DNA from: Eledone cirrhosa
Taxonomy: Eukaryota
DNA: 64,000 bases
Direction of reading: 5' to 3'
NCBI GenBank assembly: GCA_964016885.1
Contig: OZ024746.1
Location: forward strand, 10,292,001 to 10,356,000
A program made the translations under genes and the position numbers. Positions 13,005 through 25,180 of the stretch are shown here, piece by piece; the first letter of the stretch is position 1, and each line of letters starts with the position of its first letter. The notes under the pieces were generated by a model, which was given only the letters and a program-made list of their open reading frames with translations, was not told the DNA's origin and ran no database searches.

Positions 13005-13870
13005 AAAGCACCACCCCTACTATCTACTTCCTCCCCAAACTCCCCAAACCCGACAACCCCGGCCGCCCAATTGTCTCCGCTTGCAACTGCCGAATTCATC
13101 TCCGCCTTTCTTGACTCCATCCTTGCCCCCCCCCCTCGTCATCACCCTCCCCTCCCACATCTCCGACACCAACCACGCCCTTCGCCTATTCAACTCCTTC
13201 ACCTTCCACCCGGCCCACAGCCCTTCCTCTTCACCCTAGATATCAAGTCGCTTTATACTGTCATCCCCCACGCCGACGGCCTACGTACCCTCAAGCACTA
13301 CCTTCGCACTCTCCCATCAACTCCACCCCCACCCTCCTTCGCCTTGCCGAGCTGGTCCTCACCCTCAACTGCTTCTCTTTCTCAGGTGAGTTTTACCAAC
13401 AGGTCACGAGGGTAGCCATAGGCACAAATTATGCCAACCTTTTCGTTGGCCATGTTGAGGCCCAAATCTTTGCCCAGTACACCAGCCCCACGCCCGAACT
13501 GTACGGTCGTTACATCGACGACTGTATTGGAGCCACGACCCTCACCCGAGAACAGCTCGAATCCTTTCTCTCCTCCTTCTGCTCCTTCCACCCCTCCCTC
13601 CACCTCTATCTCCATTACCCACGCCCACTTAGACATCTCCGTCGCCATCGACCCCTCCCTCGTCACCTCCGCCTTCTTCAAACCCACCGACTCCCACTCC
13701 TACCTCGACTTCACCTCCCACCCTACACACACTAAACACTATTCCCCACTCCCAACTCTTCAGGATCCGCCGTCTCTGCAGCCAAGATGCTGACTTTGAG
13801 TCCCAGGCCCTTTCCCTAGTCAGCCATTTCATACGCAGAGGTCCCCACCCCTATTCCTTTAGCCTTCAAC
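13005..13870 (+). mobile_element. Penelope-like element reverse transcriptase remnant
   Basis: YFLPKLPKPDNPGRPIVS, FTLDIKSLYT, YANLFVG, YGRYIDDC and FKPTDSHSYLDF across frameshifts. Confidence 0.85.
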
Positions 13871-14659
13871 CGCCCTGTTCCTCCCCCACACACATGCACA
13901 CACATATCTCCCACTAACACCACTAACACACTCCAAACGCGCACACACACACTAGTACACTACGCTCCCTCCACCGTACCCCCACCTTTTCACTCCCCGC
14001 TCCACCATCACCCCTTCACACACACACATGCCACTAACACCTCTACTAATGCACACACCCTCCCCACTCCACCTTTCACACCTACCCATCCTCTTCCCTG
14101 TCCACCGCACCTCTGCACACACTGACTTTCTCCACCTGCCATTCTCCTCTACTGCTGCTATGCCTTGACCCTCTGACCACTTCTCTGCACACACAGACAC
14201 ACAGTCCTCTCCACCTGTCATTCTCCTCTACCCTCATCCTGCCTTGACCCTCTGACCACTTCCTGTTGTGCACGCACCCCACATCTCCCGACTACCACAA
14301 CCATGGATTAAACACCATTGGCCATCGTTCCCACTATCTACTCCACCACATGGAAAATATCCAGCATCCCACCACACCCTCTACGGAACTACCTTAGGAA
14401 CTTACCCATGGACATACACTCACAAAAATTTTTTTAGAACCAAGCCACCTACATCCACACACACGTGCGTACCCCCACATATATACACTCAGCCTCCGGA
14501 ATCCTCTGACCCCTCCCCATCCACACGCACACCTTTTCCTGAACATGGAACCTAGTTCTTCCCCCAACTCTCACATTCACACACACCACCTTCAGCCCTC
14601 TCCCCACTCCACTTCTGCATCCGGCCACCACATTTGAGATTGTAGGTGCGCGTAGGTAT

Positions 14660-16880
14660 ATGAGTTTCCATTTGGCTCCATGTCTCGATGGAATTACGTC
14701 CGCGCAATTGACCCTGTGAATCTCATGAACCTCTTTTACTGTATGTTGCTGGCCAGGAAGGTACACGATATCTTGAAACTTGGCAGGTCAATCCTGATTC
14801 GCAAAAAGATGGACAATCCGCTCGGCCTGTCCAATTGGAGACCTCTAACGATATGTTCAGCCGTATATCGTTTATACACCAGGCTTCTTTCCAAAAGAAT
14901 GTATCAGGTAACCCTCCTGAACCCTGCCCAAAGAGGGTTCATCGATGCTGACGGCTCCAGTGAGAATTTATTCTTGCTACGACAGCTTCTTGGGCACAGA
15001 ATAGGAGGACCAGCGCGATAGAGGATTCAGCGGTTGGATGTTACCTTCTTAGATCTGGCTAAGGCTTTTGACACTGTTCCACATTAACTTGTGATTGCGA
15101 GCATGAGGAGGCTTGGCTTTCACAACCATTTGGTCGATGTCGTGAAGGGTCTGTGTGAAGGGTGCATCACAAAATTCTCGGTCGGAGCGGAAACGAGCAG
15201 AGCCATTGAAATCAATCGAGGTGTCCGGCAAGGAGACGCTCTCTCGCCCCTGCTCTTCAACATTGCCACAGATTCACTGATGGACGCCCAGTCTATCAGC
15301 TGTGGCATACAGGTTGGAGATGTAGGGTTCTCGAGCTTGGAGTACGCGGATGATAATGCCCTAGTAGCTGGCTCTCCGGTGGAGATGCAGCGTCTAGTTA
15401 CAGATGTGTGTCGTTCTACCAGGAGGTAGGGCTAGCAGTGAATATCTCCAAATGCGCGGGGTAAGTCTCCTCCAAAGATCGATGGAAACTAGCTCTTGAG
15501 GATCAAACCTGCAAAGAAATGTTCCTATTTAGGGGTCAAAGTCGTCCGTGGTCAAACTCACAGGATGAATGTTTCGGTGGAGCAGGTGTCGCAGTGTATC
15601 GATAAGATATGCAGAGCTCCACTGAAACCCCGGCAGAAATTCCATCTTATGCAGCAATTTTACCTGCCTAGATTGTTTTACACTCTATCGCAGGTTCTAC
15701 CTGCCCAGAGTAATCTTGAAGTGCTGGACACGGCTATTCGCACAGGGGCCCGTAGGATGCTAAATCTGCTTGATTCGACCACGGTTTCCTTCCTCCATTG
15801 TAGTAGACGTGATGGTGGATTAAATCTTTACCAACTGGCGAAGATGATACCTGCCATCGTGATTCGAAAGAATCTCCGTCTGCTGGACCCTAGATATGAC
15901 ACTATCTCGCTACACGGAATAGTGAGATAGCTTTACGCTACAGTCTTCCGCCAATTCTGCCGGGTGCAACCACATACACGCCTGGATTCCGCCGGGAACA
16001 CACCGAGACGTGGGCCTCTCAGCCCTTCCAGGGTGCGTGTGCAAGGTCGTTTAGGGACGACCAGATCGGCAACAATTGGCTGTTCCGCCCAGGTGCGATT
16101 TCTGAGGGAAGTTACTCGAGTTGTCTTAAATTACGAACCAATACGTTCCCCACCCAGGAATGCCTGCAGACACTGTAAGACAGCTGCGGAGACAATTGCC
16201 CACATCAGTGACCAGTGCCCTCTTTTGAAAAGAAAGCGTCTGGCCATGCATGACCAGCTATGTAAACTGATTGCGGCCGAGAGCATACGCTACGGATGGA
16301 GGGTGGGCTGGTAGCCTTCCTACCGTGTGGATGATACGAGGCTCATACCGGATCTGGTATTGAGGAGATCGGGGACTACGGTGATACTGGATGTCACGGT
16401 GAGATACGAGCAAGGCAGCGCCTTGAGTGACGCTGCGGCGGAAAAGGTGCGTAAGTACCGTCCATTGACTGCCCTACTAGCGAATGAAACATGTGGGAGA
16501 GTCGAGGTTCATGGCTGCCCCATCTAGACGCATGGGGCCTGGTCAAAAGCAGCTGAGTTTGTCTGTTCTTGTTACCGTGAAAAAATGCCTTTAAGAGGCT
16601 TGTGCCATGATAGCGACGTTAGACGTGCTGGATTGACGGACGAGATCCCGAGAATCCATTGGGGTCGGATGGACTGGTTTCATGTCAATGCGACTGGAAA
16701 GGGCTCCGGACGGACTCGTGGCTTGAGTCAAAGATCAATCCGGTTGATGCCGGCATGTCGGCACGTACGTGGGATGGGAGTCTCTGGGTACGATTGCGAG
16801 TCCCTCCACCGTGGCAGCCTGTCATCTGGTTCCCCGATGGTCCTATGGAACCCCTACCAGATCCGGGGAGTGATTGCCTC
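14660..16880 (+). mobile_element. R2-group (RLE-type) non-LTR retrotransposon, 5'-truncated and decayed
   Basis: RT motifs NWRPLTI, AQRGF, LDLAKAFD, GVRQGDALSP, YADD and YLG; knuckle CRHC...ETIAHISDQC; endonuclease IPDLVL...LDVTVRYE...KVRKY. Confidence 0.9.
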
Positions 16881-17184
16881 ATTTTTTTTTTGGGGGGGGG
16901 GGGGGGGGGGTTACACGACAGCCTCCAACTGAAAACTGCAGTGGGCCGCAAATCTCCGTTGCTGCCAACACCGATGCCAGGACAAAAGACAACACCAGCA
17001 CCAAAAGCAGCAACAGCAGAGCAAACAGCACCACCAACAGAGACCATTAAAACCACCCAGGGAGTCATCCAAACAAACTCACCCTCTCTTTCAAACACAC
17101 ACAGAACAACACTATCTGATGTAGAGTACAGAACTCTCCAAAGAAGGCGTAGAGTACGAAAACGACAACACAATGACGGCAGTG

Positions 17185-17745
17185 CAAATAAAGCTTTGGA
17201 TGAAATTCCTCCAAGAGATAAGTTTAGGATACATTCATTTACCCATGTAATTGATGCTCTTCACTCCAATCTAGACAGAAGAGCTATTGTGTATAGGAGT
17301 GGTGCTGACAATTTCTCGTTTTTAACTGATCTGCAAGCAATGAGGAAACAAATTCTCCATGGTGTCAAGAAACTAGAACAAGAATATCCAAAGGATGTTG
17401 ATCTCAGACTTGTTAAACTTTCCACTTATCAAACAGGCTCATGCAGAAAAAAGGTTTCAGCCACCAAGACATGTACCAGATAATAAAACAGAAGAAAATT
17501 CAGGCTGTTTTCTTAAATGTGGAAATAATTTTCACATTGTTCCTGTATTTGATGGTCATTAACTGTTCTGGAGAGAGAGAATTTTCTAGGCTGAAGAGGA
17601 GCAAAAGTGACCTTCGTTCAACAATGTCACAAAAGCGGCTGTCTGATCCGAGTATTCTCAGTATAGAAAATGATAAACTGCAGCATTGATTTTGATATCA
17701 TTGATGAGTTTACAGTCAGAAAAGCCCGAAGGAAGACGATCTGAC
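17185..17745 (+). mobile_element. hAT transposase C-terminal fragment (hATC dimerisation domain)
   Basis: NCSGEREFSRLKRSKSDLRSTMSQKRLS...SIEN. Confidence 0.8.
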
Positions 17746-18649
17746 ATTAAATAAACTACTGTAAATGTGTAAACAGGCCTTAACAGGGTAATATAAATAC
17801 ATGGCAATTAGACTGTTTTGTAAGCAGTCAACTTCTTCATCAATCATCATTGTATTATTTAAGATTGTTATTTTCAAATAAAGTTTAAGAATAAAAATGT
17901 TATCAATCTTCAAAGATTAAAACGTTACATGTTTAGATTTAATTACATGATGTTGACAGTAATGACTGTCCTGTCTGTTCTATTTTTAACATTTTGACTA
18001 TTTCATCATGTGACTTGTGTAAGACAGTGCTGGACGGGTTGGGGCTATGGTTAATATATAATAGCTTTGAGTTTGTTGCAGTGTACATATCTGACCTACA
18101 GCCCAAACAGTAAAATCCTGAATTTAACCATAAAACTCCCAAAAAACATTCCAGAACCCTGATAATTCAAACATTTGCCAAAAACTTGTTTTAAAAACTA
18201 ATGATTGATCAGGTAACACGTAATATTTTTACATCTAAATTTCCTGAGCATGTATGCCTGACTGCCTGTGTAAGCCTACCGGGCATACCTCCTTCAGCCC
18301 CCAAGTAAGAGGCCTCATAACTTAAATAGCACAGGGTCTCATTTGTCCTAAATCTAGCACCCACACCTTCAACAACACAGACACGACCAGAAATCATGCC
18401 TAACAAAAGAAACACATACAGACACCAACGACATATATACCCAGCTTTGTGCGACTAAAAAGGGCCAACAAATAACTTAAGGCCCTTGTAACACACAATC
18501 AAGACATTGGGAAAGAAGGAGAGATTTTAGGAGCCTGCACCTTCAAAATGCCCAAAACACTGCTGATAGTGCAGATGCTAATAAAAACTTACAAACTTAC
18601 AAAAACATTAGGGAGAGCTTTCCCGGCAACATGGGGGGGGGGGGGGGGG

Positions 18650-18920
18650 GGGGCTGTGAAAACCTCGAGTAGGCTTTTAAAGGAGTTCCTAATGGAAACC
18701 CCACCAATCATAGAGGTCGAACCACCCGACCTCCACAAGCCCCCGAGAGGTAAGTAAACCGTTCCTCTCTTCCCTTAACCCTGCCAACATGGCAATCCTA
18801 AGAGGAGGATGCATAAACATTCATAAAACTGGGGTTGTCCTGGAAGCAGAGTCACCTGCTAAACAAACTCAGGTCTCTAGATATGGATGTGATTGCCGTC
18901 AGCAAAACCATGATTTCAGC
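18650..18920 (+). mobile_element. Tx1/L1-like LINE fragment (ORF1 end and start of ORF2 APE domain)
   Basis: ATG at 18789, then GCINI...SWKQSHLLNKLRSLDMDVIAVSKT, paralogous to the copy at 19809. Confidence 0.65.
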
Positions 18921-19639
18921 TGAGGAGATATACAATGTCAGATTTGATGATCTTGGATGGCAACAGGCTAGCTTACCTGTTAGAAATGGTAGCCTTGGCT
19001 TCCAGTCTCGCTGGCTTTGATAGCTTTGCAGTTGCCTCACCGTAATCATTGAGAGTATAAGGCCAAGGTGTCACGTATGTAGCAATAAAACCCACCTAAA
19101 GGCCTTCTGCCCTCAGGGGTTGGCCAAAAAATTAAGGCCATCTCTCCTGCCTACGCCATTGGCTCTAACAAAGCAGCAGCAACAGTAGCAAGAGCACCAC
19201 CACCACCCACCACGCTGGAAGTAACGCTGGCACCACCACAAACAACACCAATGTCTATGGAGAACATTCCACTCCCGACCTCTCACAATTGGAGACGGAT
19301 TGTGATGAGGAGGGGTGGAAAACCACAAAAAATCCAGAAAAAAAGAGGGCAAAACAAATAAACAAAAAATCAGGGCAACGCCACCACCACCTACATTAGC
19401 CCCACTAACACCATCCTCAACTCCAACACCACAAAAACACCAATAACAATCCAAACAGAACCAAACCAAAATGTGCAACCACAACAGAATGACAAAACTG
19501 AAACTCACTACATAGCTTTAAACACAAACAATAAATGACTATTGCACTACATCCAACACCAGCATCGCAGAGAAAAAATTCACACCACCCACACATATAC
19601 AAATAACACTCATCTCACAAAAGACATACACAACTCTAA

Positions 19640-20535
19640 AAGAAAAATTCCCCAATGACATTGGATATTTCCCTGAAACTCTCTCTAGAAGATATACAGA
19701 CATCCTTCTGGAGAGGGCCACAACCAGTCAGAAGGATGGAGCAACCGTCCTTCCTTCAAAAGAACTGAGGTAAGTGGTCTTTCCCACCTTTTCTTACTCT
19801 TTTTCAACATGGCTTCTCTTGGGATAGGCAGTGTAAATGCACGGGGTCTGGGTTCGTCTTGGAAGCAGGGTCACTTGCTCAACGATTTCAGGTCGCTGAA
19901 TATAGATTTGGTGGCCATCAGAGAGACCAGAATCGCAGAGGCACATGCATTCACACCCATTTTCGTCGGCTATGATGTGTACCTATCCCAAGCCATCCGA
20001 GATCAGGGGGCAGAGTGGCAGTGTTGTTCAGGAGATGTCTGAATCTTGAGATACGGACCGTCATCAATGACACAAAAACTAAGTTGGAGGTACTGGACCT
20101 GACTAGTAGAGAAGTGCATGCTTTCAGGCAAGTGCCTGCCTACGCCCTGACAGGGACAGCACGGCCCACTTTAGTGTTAGTGGGTAACTGGAATGGAATC
20201 TTGGATGCACGCTGGGACTGTGTGAGATTAGCAGATAGGGGAGGAAGGTGCAAAAACCTTGCAAACCTGCTGAGACGTCTTCAACTGTCTGACAGGTACC
20301 TTCTGGATTTCCCGAATGTGGACATGGACAAACCACATTGGGTCATCCACATTGTATCTAGATAGGGTATTTTGTAGAGAAATAGATAGGTCTAGCATAG
20401 GCTGTCCCTAATTCAAGATAGTTGACTACACTGACCATAAATTTGTGATCTGTGTTATTGACTTAGATTGGCTTCATAGACAGGGACCTGAATACTGGAA
20501 GCTAAACGCCTCACTACTGGCACAGAAAGCCTGAC
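19640..20535 (+). mobile_element. Tx1/L1-like LINE fragment (ORF2 AP endonuclease)
   Basis: SVNARGL, AIRETR, LVGNWN, YLDR, TDHK and GPEYWKLNASLL motifs across frameshifts. Confidence 0.85.
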
Positions 20536-20599
20536 TGGATTAACAAATTAGTTAACATCTGTCCATTGTTCAACTGTGTCCTTGTGAAGTTCAAGCACT

Positions 20600-20860
20600 A
20601 TTACAAAACCTAATTGTAACCTATCATTGGATGAAGATATGATTCCGACAAAAAATAAACTTTCCTTTATACAATACATATAGGAAAAGCCCATCAAATG
20701 GGGAACACAGTCATTTTTGGTATGTGATAGTGACAAAATGTGATAGTAATGCCGAAATTTATACTGGCAGACGAGATGACCGTCTTGCCATACCGGAGTC
20801 GCAAGAAATTTGTCTCACGCAAGAGTTTGGTGGACAAAATCACAGCCTGCATACTGTTTT
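20600..20860 (+). mobile_element. piggyBac transposase internal fragment
   Basis: LSLDEDMIP...IQYI..KPIKWG...LVCDS...NAEIYTG. Confidence 0.75.
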
Positions 20861-20924
20861 TATACCACAACCATGTTGGCACAGATTAGTAAGGGAAGAG
20901 GATGCTCAGAGGCCATAGTATCTA

Positions 20925-21440
20925 TAATAAGGACAGGATGAAAGAAGTTTAGGGAGCTGCTTCCTCTGTTGACAACGAAGGGTTTCTCCCTGTGAACGAA
21001 AGGTCGGTTGTATGATGCCTGTGTGAGATGCACGATGCTGCATGGTAGTGAGACATGGACAGCAAATGCGGAGGATATGCGACAGCTGGAGTGAAATGAA
21101 GCAAGAATGCTCCAATGGATGTGCAATGTCAATGTGCGTGAACAACCAAGCATAGACGAGTTGAGAGTGAAACTGTATAAGAGGGATAAACTGTGTGCGG
21201 GAGACAAGACTACGTTAGTATGGACATGTGATGCACATGGAAGATGACCGCTGGGTGATGAAGTGCCAAAACATCCCAGTGGAAGGAAGACCACAAAAAA
21301 CATGGCCGGAGGTGGTGAGAGCTGACCTCAAATCGCTGAAGCTCACAGAGGAGATGACGAGGGACCGTAACGAATGGAGAGATGCTGTGCTGAAGAGGAC
21401 CCGTCCCACCCTTGCAAGGAGGGAAAAGTGGGCGTAAAAT
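20925..21440 (+). mobile_element. RTE-clade LINE 3' ORF fragment
   Basis: KKFRELLPLL...KGRLYDACVR..MLHGSETW...GHVMHM...GRPQKTW...DRNEWR. Confidence 0.85.
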
Positions 21441-21669
21441 GATAGTTTTGTTTTGAACTGTTTCAGCTTCACAATAGGAAGGTCTCCACAACCTGAGAAA
21501 ACAGTAATTAGCAACTCAGGAGACTTTTCCAATCAAGGAAAAACCCACCACACAACATACACCTGGTGGCATTCAAAGACAGGACCATTACCATGATCCG
21601 GAATATTAAATTCAAGAGACCAGCACAAGGAGGTGACAGGTGCATACCTATGAAAATTAGCTTCTGCAA

Positions 21670-21900
21670 TCAAGGAAATAATTACTTTTGAAAACAATAA
21701 GATTTTCAAAATCAACTAAAGTATGAATTGCAAATCAAGAAACAATCTGTTGTGTTAGCAGTCAACAATGTAGAGAGTGCTACATTGGAGAAACAGGAAC
21801 AGGCCTATATGATAGAATTCATACACAACAAATTAGACATCCCTCTATAGAAATGTAAAAGATATTTTGGAAATATTTTCTCACAATTCTCATGATGAGG
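21670..21900 (+). mobile_element. Penelope-like GIY-YIG endonuclease remnant
   Basis: Reads MNCKSRN...QQCRECYIGETG. Confidence 0.6.
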
Positions 21901-22459
21901 ATTATAATATTGAATTAGATAGTGATTTTACTATATATATACACACACGTACACACACACCCACACACAATTATGACATTCTCACATGACACTCATGTAG
22001 ACACGTTAGTAAAGAGAATTGTATGCCTACATATAAACAAATCTTGTTTATTCTGCCACTTGACATTGATTTTACAGAGCCTTGATTTTTTTGGAATGCA
22101 AGGACATAGCAAAAAAAACTAACAAAATTCTATGCCTAATCACGTGATCATCATCAACCAATCAATTTGTATGTTAAACAGATACCAATTTGAACTATGT
22201 TCTCTCAATAAAACTCCACTCAGACGCAAGACAGTTACAACATAGCTTCATATCTTTCCTTTTCACTTAACTTTTGAAAATGGTGAAACTGGTAAAGTTA
22301 CTATAAATAAATCTTCTTAAAGATTCCAAACGCATCTATATATATATGGCTGGTGTTAGGAAGGGCATCCAACCAGTATATATAGTACTGCCAAAAACTA
22401 TGAGCACAACAATTAAAATGATGATGATGGCCACTGACACTCGAGGTGCTTAGTAATCA

Positions 22460-22775
22460 ACATGTCTTCAGAATATAATCATCTAGCTGCTGTTGTGGAG
22501 AGACTTTGTGCCGGCCACAAAGCCAAGGAAATCATAGAATGGTTTAAATACCCTAAAATCATGGTCTACTTGCAAAAGGCATATGGGACCTCAGACCACA
22601 ACACAAGACTCATAAGAAGCGCTCTGGTGTGACCAGGACACCTGAGTTTGTCACTGACGTTGTCAAGGAGAACCCTAGAAAAAGCATGAGGAAAAATCGC
22701 CATGGGTATGGGCACCAGCAGGTGAACAGTCGGACATAGTGTCAAGAACTTGAATTATAAATCTTGTGCTTAAGA
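22460..22775 (+). mobile_element. Tc1/mariner (maT/DD37D-like) N-terminal remnant
   Basis: AAVVERLCAGHKAKEIIEWFKYPK.MVY...TPEFV...ENPRKSMRK. Confidence 0.45.
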
Positions 22776-22978
22776 AGCACAGAAGGAAGGAAAGGATTGG
22801 ATTTAAGCTGAACCCCTCACCCCTATTTTATGTCTGAGAAATGGGCAAAAAACATAAGCCAAGGCCGCTAATCAACACAATAGGGAGGTTTTGAAATTCT
22901 CATGAATAGAGAAAATAATTACAAAGTTTTAATATTTTGATATTTAAAATGTTTTAAGTGTTGTTTAGAGGTTAGTTT

Positions 22979-24839
22979 GGCGATCCTTGGTTTTAGTGTC
23001 GTAAATTATCATCATCGCCATTCAATTATTAGCTATACCCACTACACGATACATCACGATACGCTGCTGCTGCTGCTGCTTGATTTTTACATATTCATTT
23101 TCTTACATGCTTCATTTTTACACGAAAAAACATTAAATTTTTTAACAGAATAAATATTTATTAAAATATGCTTCATTTTTACATGAATATTTATTTACGT
23201 TCATAATAGAAAATATATTAACAGAGAAAATTAGATTTTTGATTGATTTTTTGAACAAAATAAATATTTATTTACAGTTTTTAACAGAAAAAATATTGCT
23301 GCGAAATACATTTTTTTTTTTTAACAGATTTAGTTTTTAACAGAAAAAAAATTTCTTTAAACAATATATTGTTGCGATATACAGTTTTAAATCTTTTCAA
23401 AACATTTACCTTCACCAGTTGGATACGTGGCATTGCGCCATCGCCACTCAAACTCCCTTAAATACAAGCAGGTGTTGGATGACAATTCAGTTCAGCGCTG
23501 TCTCTCATTCGCTAAATTGTCACGCATCGCAATAGTTATTCGAAAGAAACATGGCTGGAAGACCGCATGCGGCACAATTTATTGTTGAGAATATTAATTC
23601 ACCAGAAGAAACTTTAAATTTGAATTTAACACACCGTGAAATGCATTTAATTACCGCAAATAATCGCTCTACTCTGGAATTTCTGGCTAGCAACCGGTTA
23701 ATTTCAAATACTGTTAATTGTGCTGCCTGCAATATTTTATGTTCGTTTGTGACTTTCAAAGACGGGATTGATGGCTTTAGATGGAAATGTAAGGCATGCA
23801 ACTTTACGCAATCGATTCGTTGTGGATCATTTTTTACTAGAAGTCATTTGAATCTACAACAAATTCTCGATTTCATCTACTATTGCCGTTTTGACACCGA
23901 AAATGTTGTTATTCCAAATCAAATTCGCTGTAACAATACAACTACCATTACCGACTGGTGCAATTTTATGCGTGATGTATGTAGTGAATGGGTTGAGCAA
24001 AATCCGGTGATATTCGGTGGTCTTGATTCTAACGGAATACCAATAACTGTACAAATTGATGAGAGCAAATATTTTCATCGTAAATATGCTCATGGGCTCT
24101 GGCATGAAGGACATTGGGTCATTGGCGTAATTGATACTAATAATCCCCACAATATTTTTCTCCAAGAAATCCTTGATCGTGCTGCTGAGACTCTGCTGCC
24201 TATCATTGAAAGGCACTGTGCAAATGGATCTACGATCCATACAGATGAGTGGCGGGCATACCATCAAATACCAAATTTGCCTGGTCGTTATACACATCTG
24301 TCAATCATTCAAAGCATTTCGTTGATCCCATATCAAGTACACACATGCAAAATATTGAGGGGATGTGGTCTCATGCCAAAAAGAAACTAAAACGCATCAA
24401 TGGTACCAGCCGACCACTATTTCAGTCGTATTTAAGGGAGTTTGAGTGGCGATGGCGCAATGCCACGTATCCAACTGGTGAAGGTAAATGTTTTGAAAAG
24501 ATTTTCAACTGTATATCGCAACAATATATTGTTTAAAGACATTTTTTTTCTGTTAAAAAACTGTAAATCTGTTTTAAAAAAATGTATTTCGCAGCAATAT
24601 TTTTTCTGTTAAAAACTGTAAATAAATATTCATGTAAAAATGAAACAGTGTTTCTGTTAAAAAACTTAAAAACTAAATAAATATTCATGTAAAAATGATG
24701 AAACATGTAAGAAAATGAACATAAGAAAATGAACATGTAAAAATCAAGCAGCAGCGTATCGTGACGTATCGTGTAGTGGGTGGAGCTAATAATTGAATGG
24801 CGATGATGATAATTTAGGACACTAAAACCAAGGATCGCC
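22979..24839 (+). mobile_element. Merlin (IS1595/ISXO2-like) DNA transposon, full length
   Basis: 8-bp TSD GTTAGTTT at 22971-78 and 24840-47; termini GGCGATCC...GGATCGCC; long TIRs at 22979-23465 and 24428-24839. Confidence 0.95.
23551..24536 (+). pseudogene. Merlin DDE transposase with a single frameshift near 24300
   Basis: Zn ribbon CAAC...CKAC, VQIDESKY and IHTDEWRAY in the first frame; VNHSKHFVDP...QNIEGMWSHAK...YLREFEWR in the second frame. Confidence 0.9.
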
Positions 24840-25180
24840 GTTAGTTTTACAAATCCTAGGGGATAGTAGAAAGAGATCAGCTAGAACACTGTATAAGGAT
24901 TCAGAAAGTCAAGTTTTACACACATTCCTATAAATGATTTCATAATTAGGAAATTAAAATAAGATGGAAATTTACAGTTTATACCTATACAGAGTTAGCT
25001 GGCCTCTTACAGGGTTTTATCTTAAAGTTTTTTCTTGTTTTAATGATAGTCCTATCATGAAAGTCAATGTGAAATGATGAGCCTTGCTCAAGAATATAAT
25101 GAACCACATAGTTCAATAATCAAATTCATGGATGGGTCCAACACACTAAGCATTAGACAAAACGAAATGTGTTTGTAACA

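Noticed and set aside
16659-17483. 274-aa ORF
   Set aside because: It is a chance read-through across an R2-like 3' UTR, a G tract, LINE-like low-complexity sequence and a hAT fragment.
21440-21700. Minus-strand piggyBac-like Cys-rich tail
   Set aside because: Too degenerate to call as a feature; I counted it only as a possible orientation exception.
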